Of a DNA stretch of 64,000 nucleotides, positions 7,593-16,865 are shown piece after piece. A program made the position numbers and the translations under genes. This stretch comes from a bacterium (GTDB lineage Bacteria > UBA8248), in contig OZ241996.1 in assembly GCA_965204535.1 (NCBI GenBank), positions 1,312,001 through 1,376,000 on the forward strand, written 5' to 3'. Numbering within the stretch: position 1 is the stretch's first letter; every line of letters begins with the position of its first letter. Below the pieces are notes generated by a model. That model was given only the letters and a program-made list of their open reading frames with translations, was not told the DNA's origin and searched no databases.

Positions 7593-10115
7593 TCACCGGG
7601 CGTAGGCGGCCCTTCGCCCCCTCTTCTCTCGGCCAGAAAATCCGGGCGCAAGGCTCCTGCGAAACGCGCGCCACCCGGCGGCGCCGCTGCCGGGCCAGGC
7701 TTCGGACGCGCGGAACCGCTCGACGGAAAGGTGTCTCCCATCGGGGTCGCCGCCCGCCTGAACGCGGAGCATCCCGCCGCGCCAGGGGCGATACACCCCC
7801 AGCCTTCGCTGTCTTCTACTCGTCTCCCGCCACAAGTCGGCTTTCATCCATTTCACCCTTTGGGGAGCAGCCACGAGGGCGCGGGGCGGACGCGCTTCGA
7901 GCCAGTCGAGGACTTCCCGTTTTCTCATCAAACTCTCGGGCAGGCGCACGAGGTCGTATCTCTTGCCCCGAAACCACTTTGCGTTGAAAGCCGGGTATCT
8001 CGATCGCAGCATGAGCAGCCAGCGCGAGCCGGTGGTTTCGACCTCGAATCCCCTCACGCCTCCTCCCCAGGAACGCAAGGAAACCCGCGCTCCGGCTCCG
8101 CTCATCCGCCAGATGGTGCGTGGGGAATGCCGCCTCCTGAAGCGGGAGTTATACGGCGCGGAAGCGCCGAGGTCGTTGATGCGAAACACGTTTTCGACCC
8201 GGATACCCGTGGCGAACGCATTCGCGGCGAGCCGGTCTTTGGGATACCTGGAGAGGCTGAGCATCGCGCGCCAGGTCAATTGATTCTCCCGGCGCATCAG
8301 GGGAGCGAGCACGTTCCCCCAGGCGTTGAAGCCGCCGGCCCGGCTTCCGGAACCATCCACCACCAAACCCTTTCCATCGGGGAGGCGAAGGAAAAAGGCG
8401 TCCGTGCCTCCGGCGTCGGGCAGAAACAGCGTGGTGTGCTTCGGAGTCACGGGCCGCGCGCCGGCGTCGGGGAGGAGCAGGAAAAACGTGAGGCCGCACA
8501 CGCCCGCCCAGGCGATCCGCCGCCTCTGCGCGCGTCTTGAGCGTAAGCCCAAGGCCATGAGGGCGTAGATCGAGGCGACGAGCCAGACCTGGGGACTCGG
8601 CGCGACGATGGAGGACCAGGGCATTTCAGAGGAATAAGTCGATACGAGAATCATGAATTGCGCGAGGGTGCCGGTGAGCCACGTGGCGGGGAGCAGGAGG
8701 GCGGACGCGCCCGCCGGCAGGACCGCAGCGAGGGCGCTCGCCACGAAAGACAGCGGCACGAGGAGCGAGGCGACGGGGATGAGCAGGAAGTTCACGAGCA
8801 GGCCGATGGGATGCGCCTGATGGAAATGGAGCGCCGTGAGCGGCGTGACCGCGGCGGTGACGACGAGTTGGATGACGGCGAGTTGATGCGCTCGCGCGAA
8901 CCACCACTCTTTCTCCCAGATTTTCAGGCGCGCCTCCGGCCGCGGTAGCCTGTCCGCCGCCAGGATGATGGCGCTTACCGCCACGAAGGAGAGTTGGAAG
9001 CCCACGTCCCAGATGAAGCCAGGCTCGACCAGCAGGATGAGCAGGGCGGCGAGCAGGACGGAGTGGATCGCGCTTCCTGGCCGCTCTAGGAGCCGGGTGA
9101 GGAGGTAGGTGACGATCATGATCGTGGCGCGCACGGTGGATATACGGGCGCCGCTCAAAAGCGCAAAGAGAATCACGAGAGGGATAACGCCGAGCGATGC
9201 GAGTTTGGACGGCGTGAGCACGAACGGGCGCAGGGGAAAAACCCGGGGCGGGAACCTGCGTAGAACGCCTTGCAGGGCGAAGAAGAAAAATGCGGCGATG
9301 AAGCCCACATGCAGGCCGCTGATGGCGAGCAGATGCGCCGCGCCCGATTTTCTGAATGCGTCCTTGAGTTCCGGGTCGATCCCCTCGCGCAACCCGATGG
9401 TCATCGCTTCGATGAGACCGGCGGCGCGTTCGGGGTAGACGGCGTTCATGTGGGCGCTCATGCGCTCGCGGAACTGAAACAAAAGCCGCCGCCAGCCCCA
9501 TTTCTCCCTTGGTTCCAAAACGTGGAGGTTGCGCACGGAACTGTATCCGACGGCGTGGACGCCTCTTAGGCGCAGGAATTCGCGGTAGTCGAACGCGCCG
9601 GGGTTCTTGAAGCGCTCGGGAGGTCTCAGGCGCACGCGCCGGATGAGCAGCCTGTCGCCGACTTCGGGTGTTTTTTCGAGCCGCGAGGCCAGCGTGATCC
9701 GCACGACGCCGGTCATGGGAACCTCGACGCCGCGAATGAGGGCGCGCTCGGCGTCGAGGTAGATGCGCGGTCTGCGCGACGCGCTGGTGTTACGCTCCAC
9801 GGGCCGGGAGAGATGGCCCGTGACGTTCATGCGCTCGTAGGGGATGTGCCGCAGCAGGTGATGCGCGGGCGTGGCGCCGCGATGGAGCGCGGGGGCGGCA
9901 ATAGAGGCGGCGAATCCCAGGAGCAGGAGGAGCACCGCGTGGACGCGCTGCCGCTTCCCCCGGATACGTCTGCTCAAGGCGAGCAGGACCGAGAAGGCCA
10001 GCACGAGCGCAGCGGTGAGGGTGGAGGCGACGTCTTCCCGCTCGAAATCGAAGGAAAGTCCGCCCGTCAACAAACCCGCGATGTAGCCGACAGCCAGCAG
10101 ATGCAGGGGGTGCAC
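7593..10115 (-). CDS. comEC: ComEC/Rec2 family competence (DNA uptake channel) protein
   Basis: NPGAFDY, HLLAISGLHVG, ISTVRATIM, GFQLSFVAV competence-domain motifs; many TM segments; degenerate C-terminal MBL-like domain. Confidence 0.92.
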   Translation of the reverse strand: MHPLHLLAVGYIAGLLTGGLSFDFEREDVASTLTAALVLAFSVLLALSRRIRGKRQRVHAVLLLLLGFAASIAAPALHRGATPAHHLLRHIPYERMNVTGHLSRPVERNTSASRRPRIYLDAERALIRGVEVPMTGVVRITLASRLEKTPEVGDRLLIRRVRLRPPERFKNPGAFDYREFLRLRGVHAVGYSSVRNLHVLEPREKWGWRRLLFQFRERMSAHMNAVYPERAAGLIEAMTIGLREGIDPELKDAFRKSGAAHLLAISGLHVGFIAAFFFFALQGVLRRFPPRVFPLRPFVLTPSKLASLGVIPLVILFALLSGARISTVRATIMIVTYLLTRLLERPGSAIHSVLLAALLILLVEPGFIWDVGFQLSFVAVSAIILAADRLPRPEARLKIWEKEWWFARAHQLAVIQLVVTAAVTPLTALHFHQAHPIGLLVNFLLIPVASLLVPLSFVASALAAVLPAGASALLLPATWLTGTLAQFMILVSTYSSEMPWSSIVAPSPQVWLVASIYALMALGLRSRRAQRRRIAWAGVCGLTFFLLLPDAGARPVTPKHTTLFLPDAGGTDAFFLRLPDGKGLVVDGSGSRAGGFNAWGNVLAPLMRRENQLTWRAMLSLSRYPKDRLAANAFATGIRVENVFRINDLGASAPYNSRFRRRHSPRTIWRMSGAGARVSLRSWGGGVRGFEVETTGSRWLLMLRSRYPAFNAKWFRGKRYDLVRLPESLMRKREVLDWLEARPPRALVAAPQRVKWMKADLWRETSRRQRRLGVYRPWRGGMLRVQAGGDPDGRHLSVERFRASEAWPGSGAAGWRAFRRSLAPGFSGREKRGRRAAYAR

Positions 10116-10174
10116 GTTCTCTCCATGTAAGGAATACGCCTATCCTACATCAAAATGCGCCGCGGGCGCATTCC

Positions 10175-10432
10175 GGGGTTGTTGAAAAAGCCCGCCTGCG
10201 ACTCCCGCAAACCGTCAACGTCTCTTTCCTCACCCTGAGTCGCCGCCGGAGGCGGCGTATCGAAGGGCGAGGGGAGCAGAACGCCTCGCGCCGAGCGAGA
10301 GGGCATCCTTCGATACGGCGCTTACGCGCCTACTCAGGATGAGGGGTGTCGGAGAACGGCGGAGCCTGTCCCGAGCGAAGTCGAGGGGCCGCTAGTCAGG
10401 ATGAAGCGGAGAGGGGTTATTCAACAGGCCCC
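10175..10432. mobile_element. MITE-like composite element, copy 3, enclosing the CCTCACCCTGAG hairpin repeat
   Basis: ggggttgttgaaaaagccc at 10175 and inverted ggggttattcaacaggcccc ending 10432; internal repeat 10228-10344. Confidence 0.65.
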
Positions 10433-10588
10433 TCAAGGGGGGGAGTGAGTCTCCTGCCTCCTCAGTCGGCTCCATACGCCGAATCACGAAATCATGTTTT
10501 TCAATATCCCCGTTCTCCTTCGACTTCCCGCCTGCTCGTGGTAGGCTTCGCCCCGGACGAATGGAAGGGTTCTTTTCAGAGGATGACG

Positions 10589-11587
10589 ATGCGCGAGCGC
10601 ACCCTGGGGAATACGGGTATATCGGTGTCCGAGATAGGTTTCGGCACGGGCGGCATCAGCCGTCTGATGGTGGGCGACGACCACGAGGCGCAGCTTCGCG
10701 CGGTACGCGGCGCACTGGACGGCGGCGTGAATTTCTTCGATACGGCGATGGGCTACGGGAGCGGCAAATCGGAAGCCAACCTGGGCGCCGCGCTCAAGAG
10801 ATTGGGAGCAGAAGTCGTCCTCACGACGAAGATCCGCCTCACCGCCCAAGAGCGCGAAGCGCCCGAAGCGGCGGTGGTCGCCTCGGTGGAGAAGAGTCTG
10901 GAGCGTTTGGGCCGACCCCACGTCGACCTGATCCAGATCCATAACTACGTGGCCCCCGAGCGGAACTGGCCGGTGGGGGAGGTGGCCTTCGATCTCTCTG
11001 ATATCTATCGCGCAGGCGGCGTGCTCGATGGTTTCAAGGAATTGCGCGATCGCGGGCTCGTGCGTTTTTTCGGGTTCACCGGCATCGGGCATCCCGCCTT
11101 GCTGAACGAGATGGTCGACAGCGGCGAATTTCACACGGTGCAGGTGTATTTCAATCTGCTCAACCCGAGCGCGGCGTATCCCGTCCCCGAAAGTTTCAGC
11201 GCGGTGGATTACGACCTGCTCATCGAGCGTGCCGCGTCCATCGGGATGGGGGTGCTGGCGATTCGCGCCCTGGCATTGGGTGCGCTGACCGCCGAGCCGA
11301 ACCTGCTAGGGTTTCTGGACGAGCGCCCGCCGGTTCTCTCGCTCGACTCGGAATACGATAAAGACGTAGAGCGCGCGGAGAAGCTCGCGTTCCTCGTTCG
11401 CGAGGATTGCACGCTGGCGCAGGCCGCGCTTCGATTTGTCTTGAGCCACGATGAGGTCTCTTGCGCGCTGGTGGGTTTCTCGGGCGAGGAGCAACTCGCA
11501 GAAGCGCTCACCGGTGCAGACGCCGGTCCTCTGACAAGAGATGAAATGCAGAGACTTGAAAAAATCTGGCAAAACGATTTCGCCTAG
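10589..11587 (+). CDS. Aldo/keto reductase
   Basis: RTLGNTGISVSEIGFGT, GVNFFDTAMGYG, TTKI, SLERLGRPHVDLIQIH; true start at ATG 10589 or 10583 rather than 10346. Confidence 0.92.
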   Translation: MRERTLGNTGISVSEIGFGTGGISRLMVGDDHEAQLRAVRGALDGGVNFFDTAMGYGSGKSEANLGAALKRLGAEVVLTTKIRLTAQEREAPEAAVVASVEKSLERLGRPHVDLIQIHNYVAPERNWPVGEVAFDLSDIYRAGGVLDGFKELRDRGLVRFFGFTGIGHPALLNEMVDSGEFHTVQVYFNLLNPSAAYPVPESFSAVDYDLLIERAASIGMGVLAIRALALGALTAEPNLLGFLDERPPVLSLDSEYDKDVERAEKLAFLVREDCTLAQAALRFVLSHDEVSCALVGFSGEEQLAEALTGADAGPLTRDEMQRLEKIWQNDFA

Positions 11588-11614
11588 GCGCAGAGCTAAC
11601 CGATCGCTGAATTC

Positions 11615-12862
11615 ATGGACACTCCCCAAAAAGCGCGCATGAGCCAGGCGTCCCTGTGGGTGCTGAGCTTCTCCCTGCTTCCCATCATGTTCGTCTACGC
11701 CAACTACCCGACCGCCATCCCGATCCTGAAGGCGGAATGGTCCCTCACCAATGCGGACGCCGGCGTTATTTATTTTGCCTTTTACGTGGGCTACGTCGTC
11801 GCCTCCGCCGTGCTCACCGGGGCGACCGACTATTTCAGTGCGAGAACGATATATCTCTTCTCGGCCGCCTGGCTCGGCCTCACGAACCTCATGTTTCCTT
11901 TTTTTGCCGAGGGTCTTTGGACGGCCGCTCTTCTCCGGTGCGCGTGCGGCGTGGGGCTTGCGGGCGTGTTCGGCCCGGGATTGCGCCTCGTGGCCGAGAA
12001 CGCCTCGCCGGGAATGCGTGCGAAGACTGTGTCCGGTTACGCTTTCTTCTTCAGTTTCAGCGTTTCGGTTTCGATGTTCCTGACAGGCTACCTGCTTCCC
12101 GATTTCGGCTGGCGCTTTACCTTCGCCGTGGGCTCACTCGGCCCGGTTGTCGGCATCTTGATGGTGCTGCTCCGGGTGCCCGACCCCGGCAGGGAGGAGG
12201 CGGGAAGCGGTGAGAAATTCACCTTCCCCCGCCTGCCGCTCAGGTGCTGGGTGCTCATCGGCTCCTACGTCATGCACCGCTGGGAGTTGTTCGCCTTCAG
12301 GGGGTGGGGCGTCACGTTCCTGGCCTCGGCGTTCGTGGCGCATGGCCTGCCGAGAGGTGACGCCGTGGACAACGCGGCCACGGCCTTGGCGTTCATGATC
12401 GCGATTTCCGCTTTTTCGAACTTCATCGGCGCATGGTCGGCCGACAGGTTCGGAAGGCTCCCGAGCATCGGGGGCAGTATGTTCTTGAGCGGCGCAATGA
12501 CGTACGGGATAGGATATCTCTTTCACGCGCCGATACCGGTTCTGCTGATCGTGGCGCTTGTCTGGGCGGTGACGATGGCCGTGGATGCGACGGTATTCCT
12601 GGTCGTGATGAGCGAAATCGCGCCAAAGCGCCACCTGGGCACGGCGCTGGGCTGCCTGGCCGGGTTCGGCTTTCTGTTCGGCGCGCTCTCCTCTATCGAG
12701 GTGGGCTACATTCTGGACGTCACGAATCCCGGCTCTCGGGGCGAGGTTCTGCCCACGGAATGGACGGCGGCCTGGGCGTCGGTGGGCGTGGCCGTCTGGA
12801 TTGGCCTGGGCGGAATCGTCTGGCTTTCCCGTATAATGAAGAGGCGGGCGCAGGATGCTTGA
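11615..12862 (+). CDS. MFS transporter
   Basis: About 12 hydrophobic segments; motif-A-like GAWSADRFGR. Confidence 0.88.
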   Translation: MDTPQKARMSQASLWVLSFSLLPIMFVYANYPTAIPILKAEWSLTNADAGVIYFAFYVGYVVASAVLTGATDYFSARTIYLFSAAWLGLTNLMFPFFAEGLWTAALLRCACGVGLAGVFGPGLRLVAENASPGMRAKTVSGYAFFFSFSVSVSMFLTGYLLPDFGWRFTFAVGSLGPVVGILMVLLRVPDPGREEAGSGEKFTFPRLPLRCWVLIGSYVMHRWELFAFRGWGVTFLASAFVAHGLPRGDAVDNAATALAFMIAISAFSNFIGAWSADRFGRLPSIGGSMFLSGAMTYGIGYLFHAPIPVLLIVALVWAVTMAVDATVFLVVMSEIAPKRHLGTALGCLAGFGFLFGALSSIEVGYILDVTNPGSRGEVLPTEWTAAWASVGVAVWIGLGGIVWLSRIMKRRAQDA

Positions 12863-12947
12863 ATTCCGGTTGCGAAGCTTATACGCTCCCGCGCCAGTGA
12901 GGAGATTCGTGAATTCAGGCGCGGACATGAATGAAGGATAAGAAATC

Positions 12948-14732
12948 TTGAGCGAGCTTTTGGAGAAAGGAAGAACCCACGACTGCGGAACGCTTCGCGC
13001 CACAGATGTAGGCAGCGAAGTCGTCCTGATGGGCTGGGCGGGGTCGAACCGCGACCACGGCGGGCTGATTTTCATCGATTTGCGCGACCGCTACGGCGTC
13101 ACCCAGGTGGTGGCCGACCCCTCCTATGACGAGGCGTCCCATGCCCTCGCCGAGCGGGTGCGCGGCGAATGGGTGCTCGCCGTTCAGGGGGTCGTCATCG
13201 AACGCCCCGAGGGGATGGCGAACCCGAATCTCGATACCGGCGAAATCGAGGTCCGGATAACGAAACTCGAAGTCCTGAGCGAGGCGAGAACGCCGCCTTT
13301 CGAGATAGAGGACGACTCCGACGCCGGCGAAGCGCTGCGCCTCCAGTACCGCTACCTGGACCTCAGGCGCTCCGCATTGCGCGAGAATTTCATCAAGCGT
13401 CATCAGGCGACCCAGGTGATTCGCAATTTCCTGACGGAAAACCACTTCGTCGACGTGGAGACCCCGGTGCTCACCAGGAGCACGCCCGAGGGGGCGAGGG
13501 ATTACCTGGTGCCGAGCCGGCTCGCGCGCGGTAGCTTCTTTGCACTCCCCCAGAGTCCCCAGATGTTCAAGCAGATTTTGATGGTCGCGGGCTTTGATCG
13601 CTACTACCAGATCGTCAGATGCTTCCGGGACGAGGACTTGCGTGCCGATAGGCAGCCCGAGTTCACGCAAATCGACGTCGAATGCTCTTTCCTGAACCGC
13701 GATACCTTTTTCGGCCTCATGGAAGGTCTGGTGGCCCGGATATGGAAAGAGGTGGGCGGGGTCGAAATCGAGACGCCCTTCGAGCGGGTACCCTACGCGG
13801 AGGCGATAGCGCAGTACGGGACCGACAGGCCGGACAGGCGCTTCGGCATGAAGCTGGCCACCTTCACCGACGTGGCGCAGGCGAGCGAGTTCAAGGTGTT
13901 CAAGGGGGCGGTGGAAAAAGGGGGCGTGGCGCGCGCCATGGCGGGGCCGGGCATGGCGTCGGCCTCAAGAAAGGAGATTGACGATATCATCGCGCGCGCA
14001 CAGGAGTTGGGCGCAGGCGGTCTCGCCTGGGCGAAGCGCACCGAAAACGGGTATGAGTCGAACATCACCAAGTTCTTTCTGGACGGCCAGTTGGAGGAGG
14101 TCGGCGCGCGGGCGGGCGTGGAAGTCGGCGATCTGTTGATGATGGTGGCCGATGCGCCGGCGGTGAGCGCCTCGGTGCTGGGCCAACTCCGCGAAGAAAT
14201 CGGCGCGCGTCTGGGCCTCGTTTCCCGCGACGATGGGGAATTCGATTTTTGCTGGGTCGTGGATTTCCCGCTTCTCGAATACGACGAGGCAGAGAAGCGG
14301 TTTCATGCGCTTCACCACCCCTTCACCGCGCCCGTGCCCGAGGACGTAGCACTTTTCGATTCCGACCCCGGCGCCATCCGCTCCCAGGCCTACGACATGG
14401 TGGTGAACGGGAACGAGATCGGCGGCGGCAGCCAGAGGATCCACCAGCGCGAGGTGCAGCAGAAGATGTTCGCCGCCCTGGACATGGATGAAGATGAGGC
14501 GCAGCGGCGCTTCGGCTTCTTCATGGAAGCGCTCGAATTCGGCACGCCGCCTCACGGGGGGATCGCGTTCGGCCTGGACCGCATCATGATGCTGTTGACG
14601 GGCGCTCCCTCCATCCGCGACGTCATCGCGTTCCCCAAGACACAGAAAGCCACCTGCCTAATGACCGGCGCGCCGGCCTCTGTCGAACGCCTCCAGCTCC
14701 GGGAGCTGGGCATCGACGGGGCGTTTCGGTAG
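12948..14732 (+). CDS. aspS: Aspartate--tRNA ligase (probably non-discriminating Asp/Asn)
   Basis: RTHDCG, RDHGG (His typical of ND-AspRS), STPEGARDYLVPSR, FRDEDLRADRQPEFTQID, PPHGGIAFGLDR. Confidence 0.97.
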   Translation: MSELLEKGRTHDCGTLRATDVGSEVVLMGWAGSNRDHGGLIFIDLRDRYGVTQVVADPSYDEASHALAERVRGEWVLAVQGVVIERPEGMANPNLDTGEIEVRITKLEVLSEARTPPFEIEDDSDAGEALRLQYRYLDLRRSALRENFIKRHQATQVIRNFLTENHFVDVETPVLTRSTPEGARDYLVPSRLARGSFFALPQSPQMFKQILMVAGFDRYYQIVRCFRDEDLRADRQPEFTQIDVECSFLNRDTFFGLMEGLVARIWKEVGGVEIETPFERVPYAEAIAQYGTDRPDRRFGMKLATFTDVAQASEFKVFKGAVEKGGVARAMAGPGMASASRKEIDDIIARAQELGAGGLAWAKRTENGYESNITKFFLDGQLEEVGARAGVEVGDLLMMVADAPAVSASVLGQLREEIGARLGLVSRDDGEFDFCWVVDFPLLEYDEAEKRFHALHHPFTAPVPEDVALFDSDPGAIRSQAYDMVVNGNEIGGGSQRIHQREVQQKMFAALDMDEDEAQRRFGFFMEALEFGTPPHGGIAFGLDRIMMLLTGAPSIRDVIAFPKTQKATCLMTGAPASVERLQLRELGIDGAFR

Positions 14733-14741
14733 GGCGTCAGG

Positions 14742-15731
14742 GTGTCGGCGAAGAAGAGGACCTCTCGAAGACGGGACGACGCGCGCACGCTCGATCTCGA
14801 GAAAATCTTGAGAAGCGGCGATGCGCGCCACGAGACGCCGGAGGGGTTTCGCTCCGGCTTCATCGCCATCATCGGCCGCCCGAACGTGGGCAAATCCACC
14901 CTGCTCAACCGCATCCTGGGCGAAAAACTCGCCATCGTCACCCGAAAGCCCGGAACCACGAGGCGCAGGCTTCTCGGCGTGCTGAACGCCGAAAACGCGC
15001 AGGCGGCTTTTTTCGATACACCGGGTCTTGAGCGCCCCGCCTCAAAACTCGGGCGCTTTCTGCTTGAAGAGGTGAAGGCTGCCTGCGCGGGGGCGGACCT
15101 CGCCCTGTTCATGACGGACGACGCCGAGGGGGAGGTGGACGAAAACGCGCTCGCTTTGATCGAGGATGCGGGTGTGCCCGCGTTTCTCGTCATCAACAAG
15201 GTGGACCGGTTGAAGGACAAGACGAAACTCCTGCCCGTTCTGGCGAAATACGCCGAAGACGAGGGGTTCGAGAGCGCCTATCCCATCTCGGCGCTCAAGG
15301 GGGACAACGTGGAGCCGCTGGTGGAAGAGATCATCCAGGCGCTTCCGGAAGGCCCCAGATATTTCTCTCCCGACATGACGACGGACGTGAGCGAAGCGCT
15401 CCTGATAGAGGAATTCGTTCGCGAGCAGGTGTACCGCCTGCTGCACAAGGAGATTCCCTACGCCGTGGCGGTGAAGGTGCGCGAGATGGAGCGCGCCGGG
15501 CGTTCCGGCCTGTTGCACGTCGAGGCGGAAATCTACGTGGAGCGGAAGAGCCAGCGGGGCATTCTGGTGGGCAAGGGAGGCGCGCTGATCAAGAAGATCG
15601 GAGAATTATCGAGAAAGGAGATCGAACGGCGACTGGGCGAGCAGATATATCTCGGCCTCAAGGTGGGCATCAAGCCGAACTGGCGGCAAAAGGATGCCGC
15701 GCTTTCCGAACTTGGGTATGAGAATGTCTAG
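14742..15731 (+). CDS. era: GTPase Era
   Basis: GRPNVGKSTL, DTPG, NKVD, ISA; KH domain with ILVGKGG. Confidence 0.95.
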   Translation: MSAKKRTSRRRDDARTLDLEKILRSGDARHETPEGFRSGFIAIIGRPNVGKSTLLNRILGEKLAIVTRKPGTTRRRLLGVLNAENAQAAFFDTPGLERPASKLGRFLLEEVKAACAGADLALFMTDDAEGEVDENALALIEDAGVPAFLVINKVDRLKDKTKLLPVLAKYAEDEGFESAYPISALKGDNVEPLVEEIIQALPEGPRYFSPDMTTDVSEALLIEEFVREQVYRLLHKEIPYAVAVKVREMERAGRSGLLHVEAEIYVERKSQRGILVGKGGALIKKIGELSRKEIERRLGEQIYLGLKVGIKPNWRQKDAALSELGYENV

Positions 15732-15733
15732 GC

Positions 15734-15922
15734 TTAGCGGTTCTGGGCGCGCATGCGCTTTTTGTGCGCGGCGAGTATCTTTCTCTTGCGCTTTACGCTG
15801 GGCTTCTCATAGTACTCGCGCTTTTTGATTTCCGTGAGAATGCCTGATTTTTCGCATTGTTTCTTGAATTGTTTCAAAGCCTTGTCGATGGATTCACCCT
15901 CGTGTACTTTTACTCCCGGCAT
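15734..15922 (-). CDS. rpsU: 30S ribosomal protein S21
   Basis: [42 protein letters not shown]; ATG 15922 with AGGAGG SD. Confidence 0.96.
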   Translation of the reverse strand: MPGVKVHEGESIDKALKQFKKQCEKSGILTEIKKREYYEKPSVKRKRKILAAHKKRMRAQNR

Positions 15923-16049
15923 ATTGGTTTCGTTCCTCCTGTTTGCGGTAACTGGCGTTAGAAAATAGAATCGTTCCGGTCGCAAACTATCTCGCATCCG
16001 CCCGGTTTCGTCAAGACCCCCAAAAGAAGACCTGTCGGGAGGCGTTTTC

Positions 16050-16802
16050 TTGGCCATTCTGAACGACGAAGCCATCGTCCTGGGCGCGCGCCCGTTCTCG
16101 AACACGAGCCTGATCGTGACGTTTCTGACCAACGAGCAGGGAAAAGTGCGCCTGGTGGCCAAGGGCGCGCGATCGGCGAAGTCGAGGATGGGCGTGGGAC
16201 TCGAACCGGCGAGCGTGAATCATGTCGAGTGGAGCCGGCGCACGGGTTCCGGTTTGGGGACGATGCGAAAATGCGAGACGACACGGGTTTATCAAAGACT
16301 CTGGAAGAACTATGAGGCCATGCGGATGTCGTCGCGTTTATTGAAGATACTCGATGCGGTGTTGGGCGTGGACGAGGGTGAGCCCGCGCACTACCTGTTG
16401 CTCAAGTCCTCGCTCGAAGCGCTGGAGGCGGGCGCGGGCGCGGCGAGCATGGAGGGGGTCTTCCTCCTCATGCTGCTCAAGACGATGGGTCTCGACCCGA
16501 GCCTTGATTATTGCGCGGCGTGCGAAAAAAGACCAGGGAGCGAGACGGCGCGTTTCGATATCGCCACGGGCGAGCTTCGCTGCGCGAGGTGTCCGGAGCC
16601 CGCTGGCCGGGAGGCGCGCCTGCGCGCCGGCGCCGTCGCCGCGATGAGAGAGGTTTTTCGCCTGACGCCTGAGAAGTGTTTTTCCATCCGGTTCGCCGCA
16701 CCCCTGGAGCGTGAGATCATCGGGTGTGCGGAGGCGTTTCTGCAATATCACGGTGGCAAGAGCTTGCCGAGACGCTCCGGCCAAACCTCCGTTTCGCGTT
16801 GA
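16050..16802 (+). CDS. recO: DNA repair protein RecO
   Basis: EAIVL...[24 protein letters not shown]-fold; CxxC...CxxC zinc finger; near era. Confidence 0.92.
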   Translation: MAILNDEAIVLGARPFSNTSLIVTFLTNEQGKVRLVAKGARSAKSRMGVGLEPASVNHVEWSRRTGSGLGTMRKCETTRVYQRLWKNYEAMRMSSRLLKILDAVLGVDEGEPAHYLLLKSSLEALEAGAGAASMEGVFLLMLLKTMGLDPSLDYCAACEKRPGSETARFDIATGELRCARCPEPAGREARLRAGAVAAMREVFRLTPEKCFSIRFAAPLEREIIGCAEAFLQYHGGKSLPRRSGQTSVSR

Positions 16803-16865
16803 CGGAATCCCGCCGGAGGAGTATTTGTTCCCTCGTTTCGGAGGTGATTTTTCGATGAGGTCGAT

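Noticed and set aside
4980-10450. Possible CRISPR array
   Set aside because: The repeats are dispersed inverted hairpins, not regularly spaced direct repeats with unique spacers; no cas genes
10346-10588. 81-aa N-terminal extension of the aldo/keto reductase in the ORF track
   Set aside because: It runs through the repeat element and upstream intergenic region; family homology begins at MRERTLG (10589)
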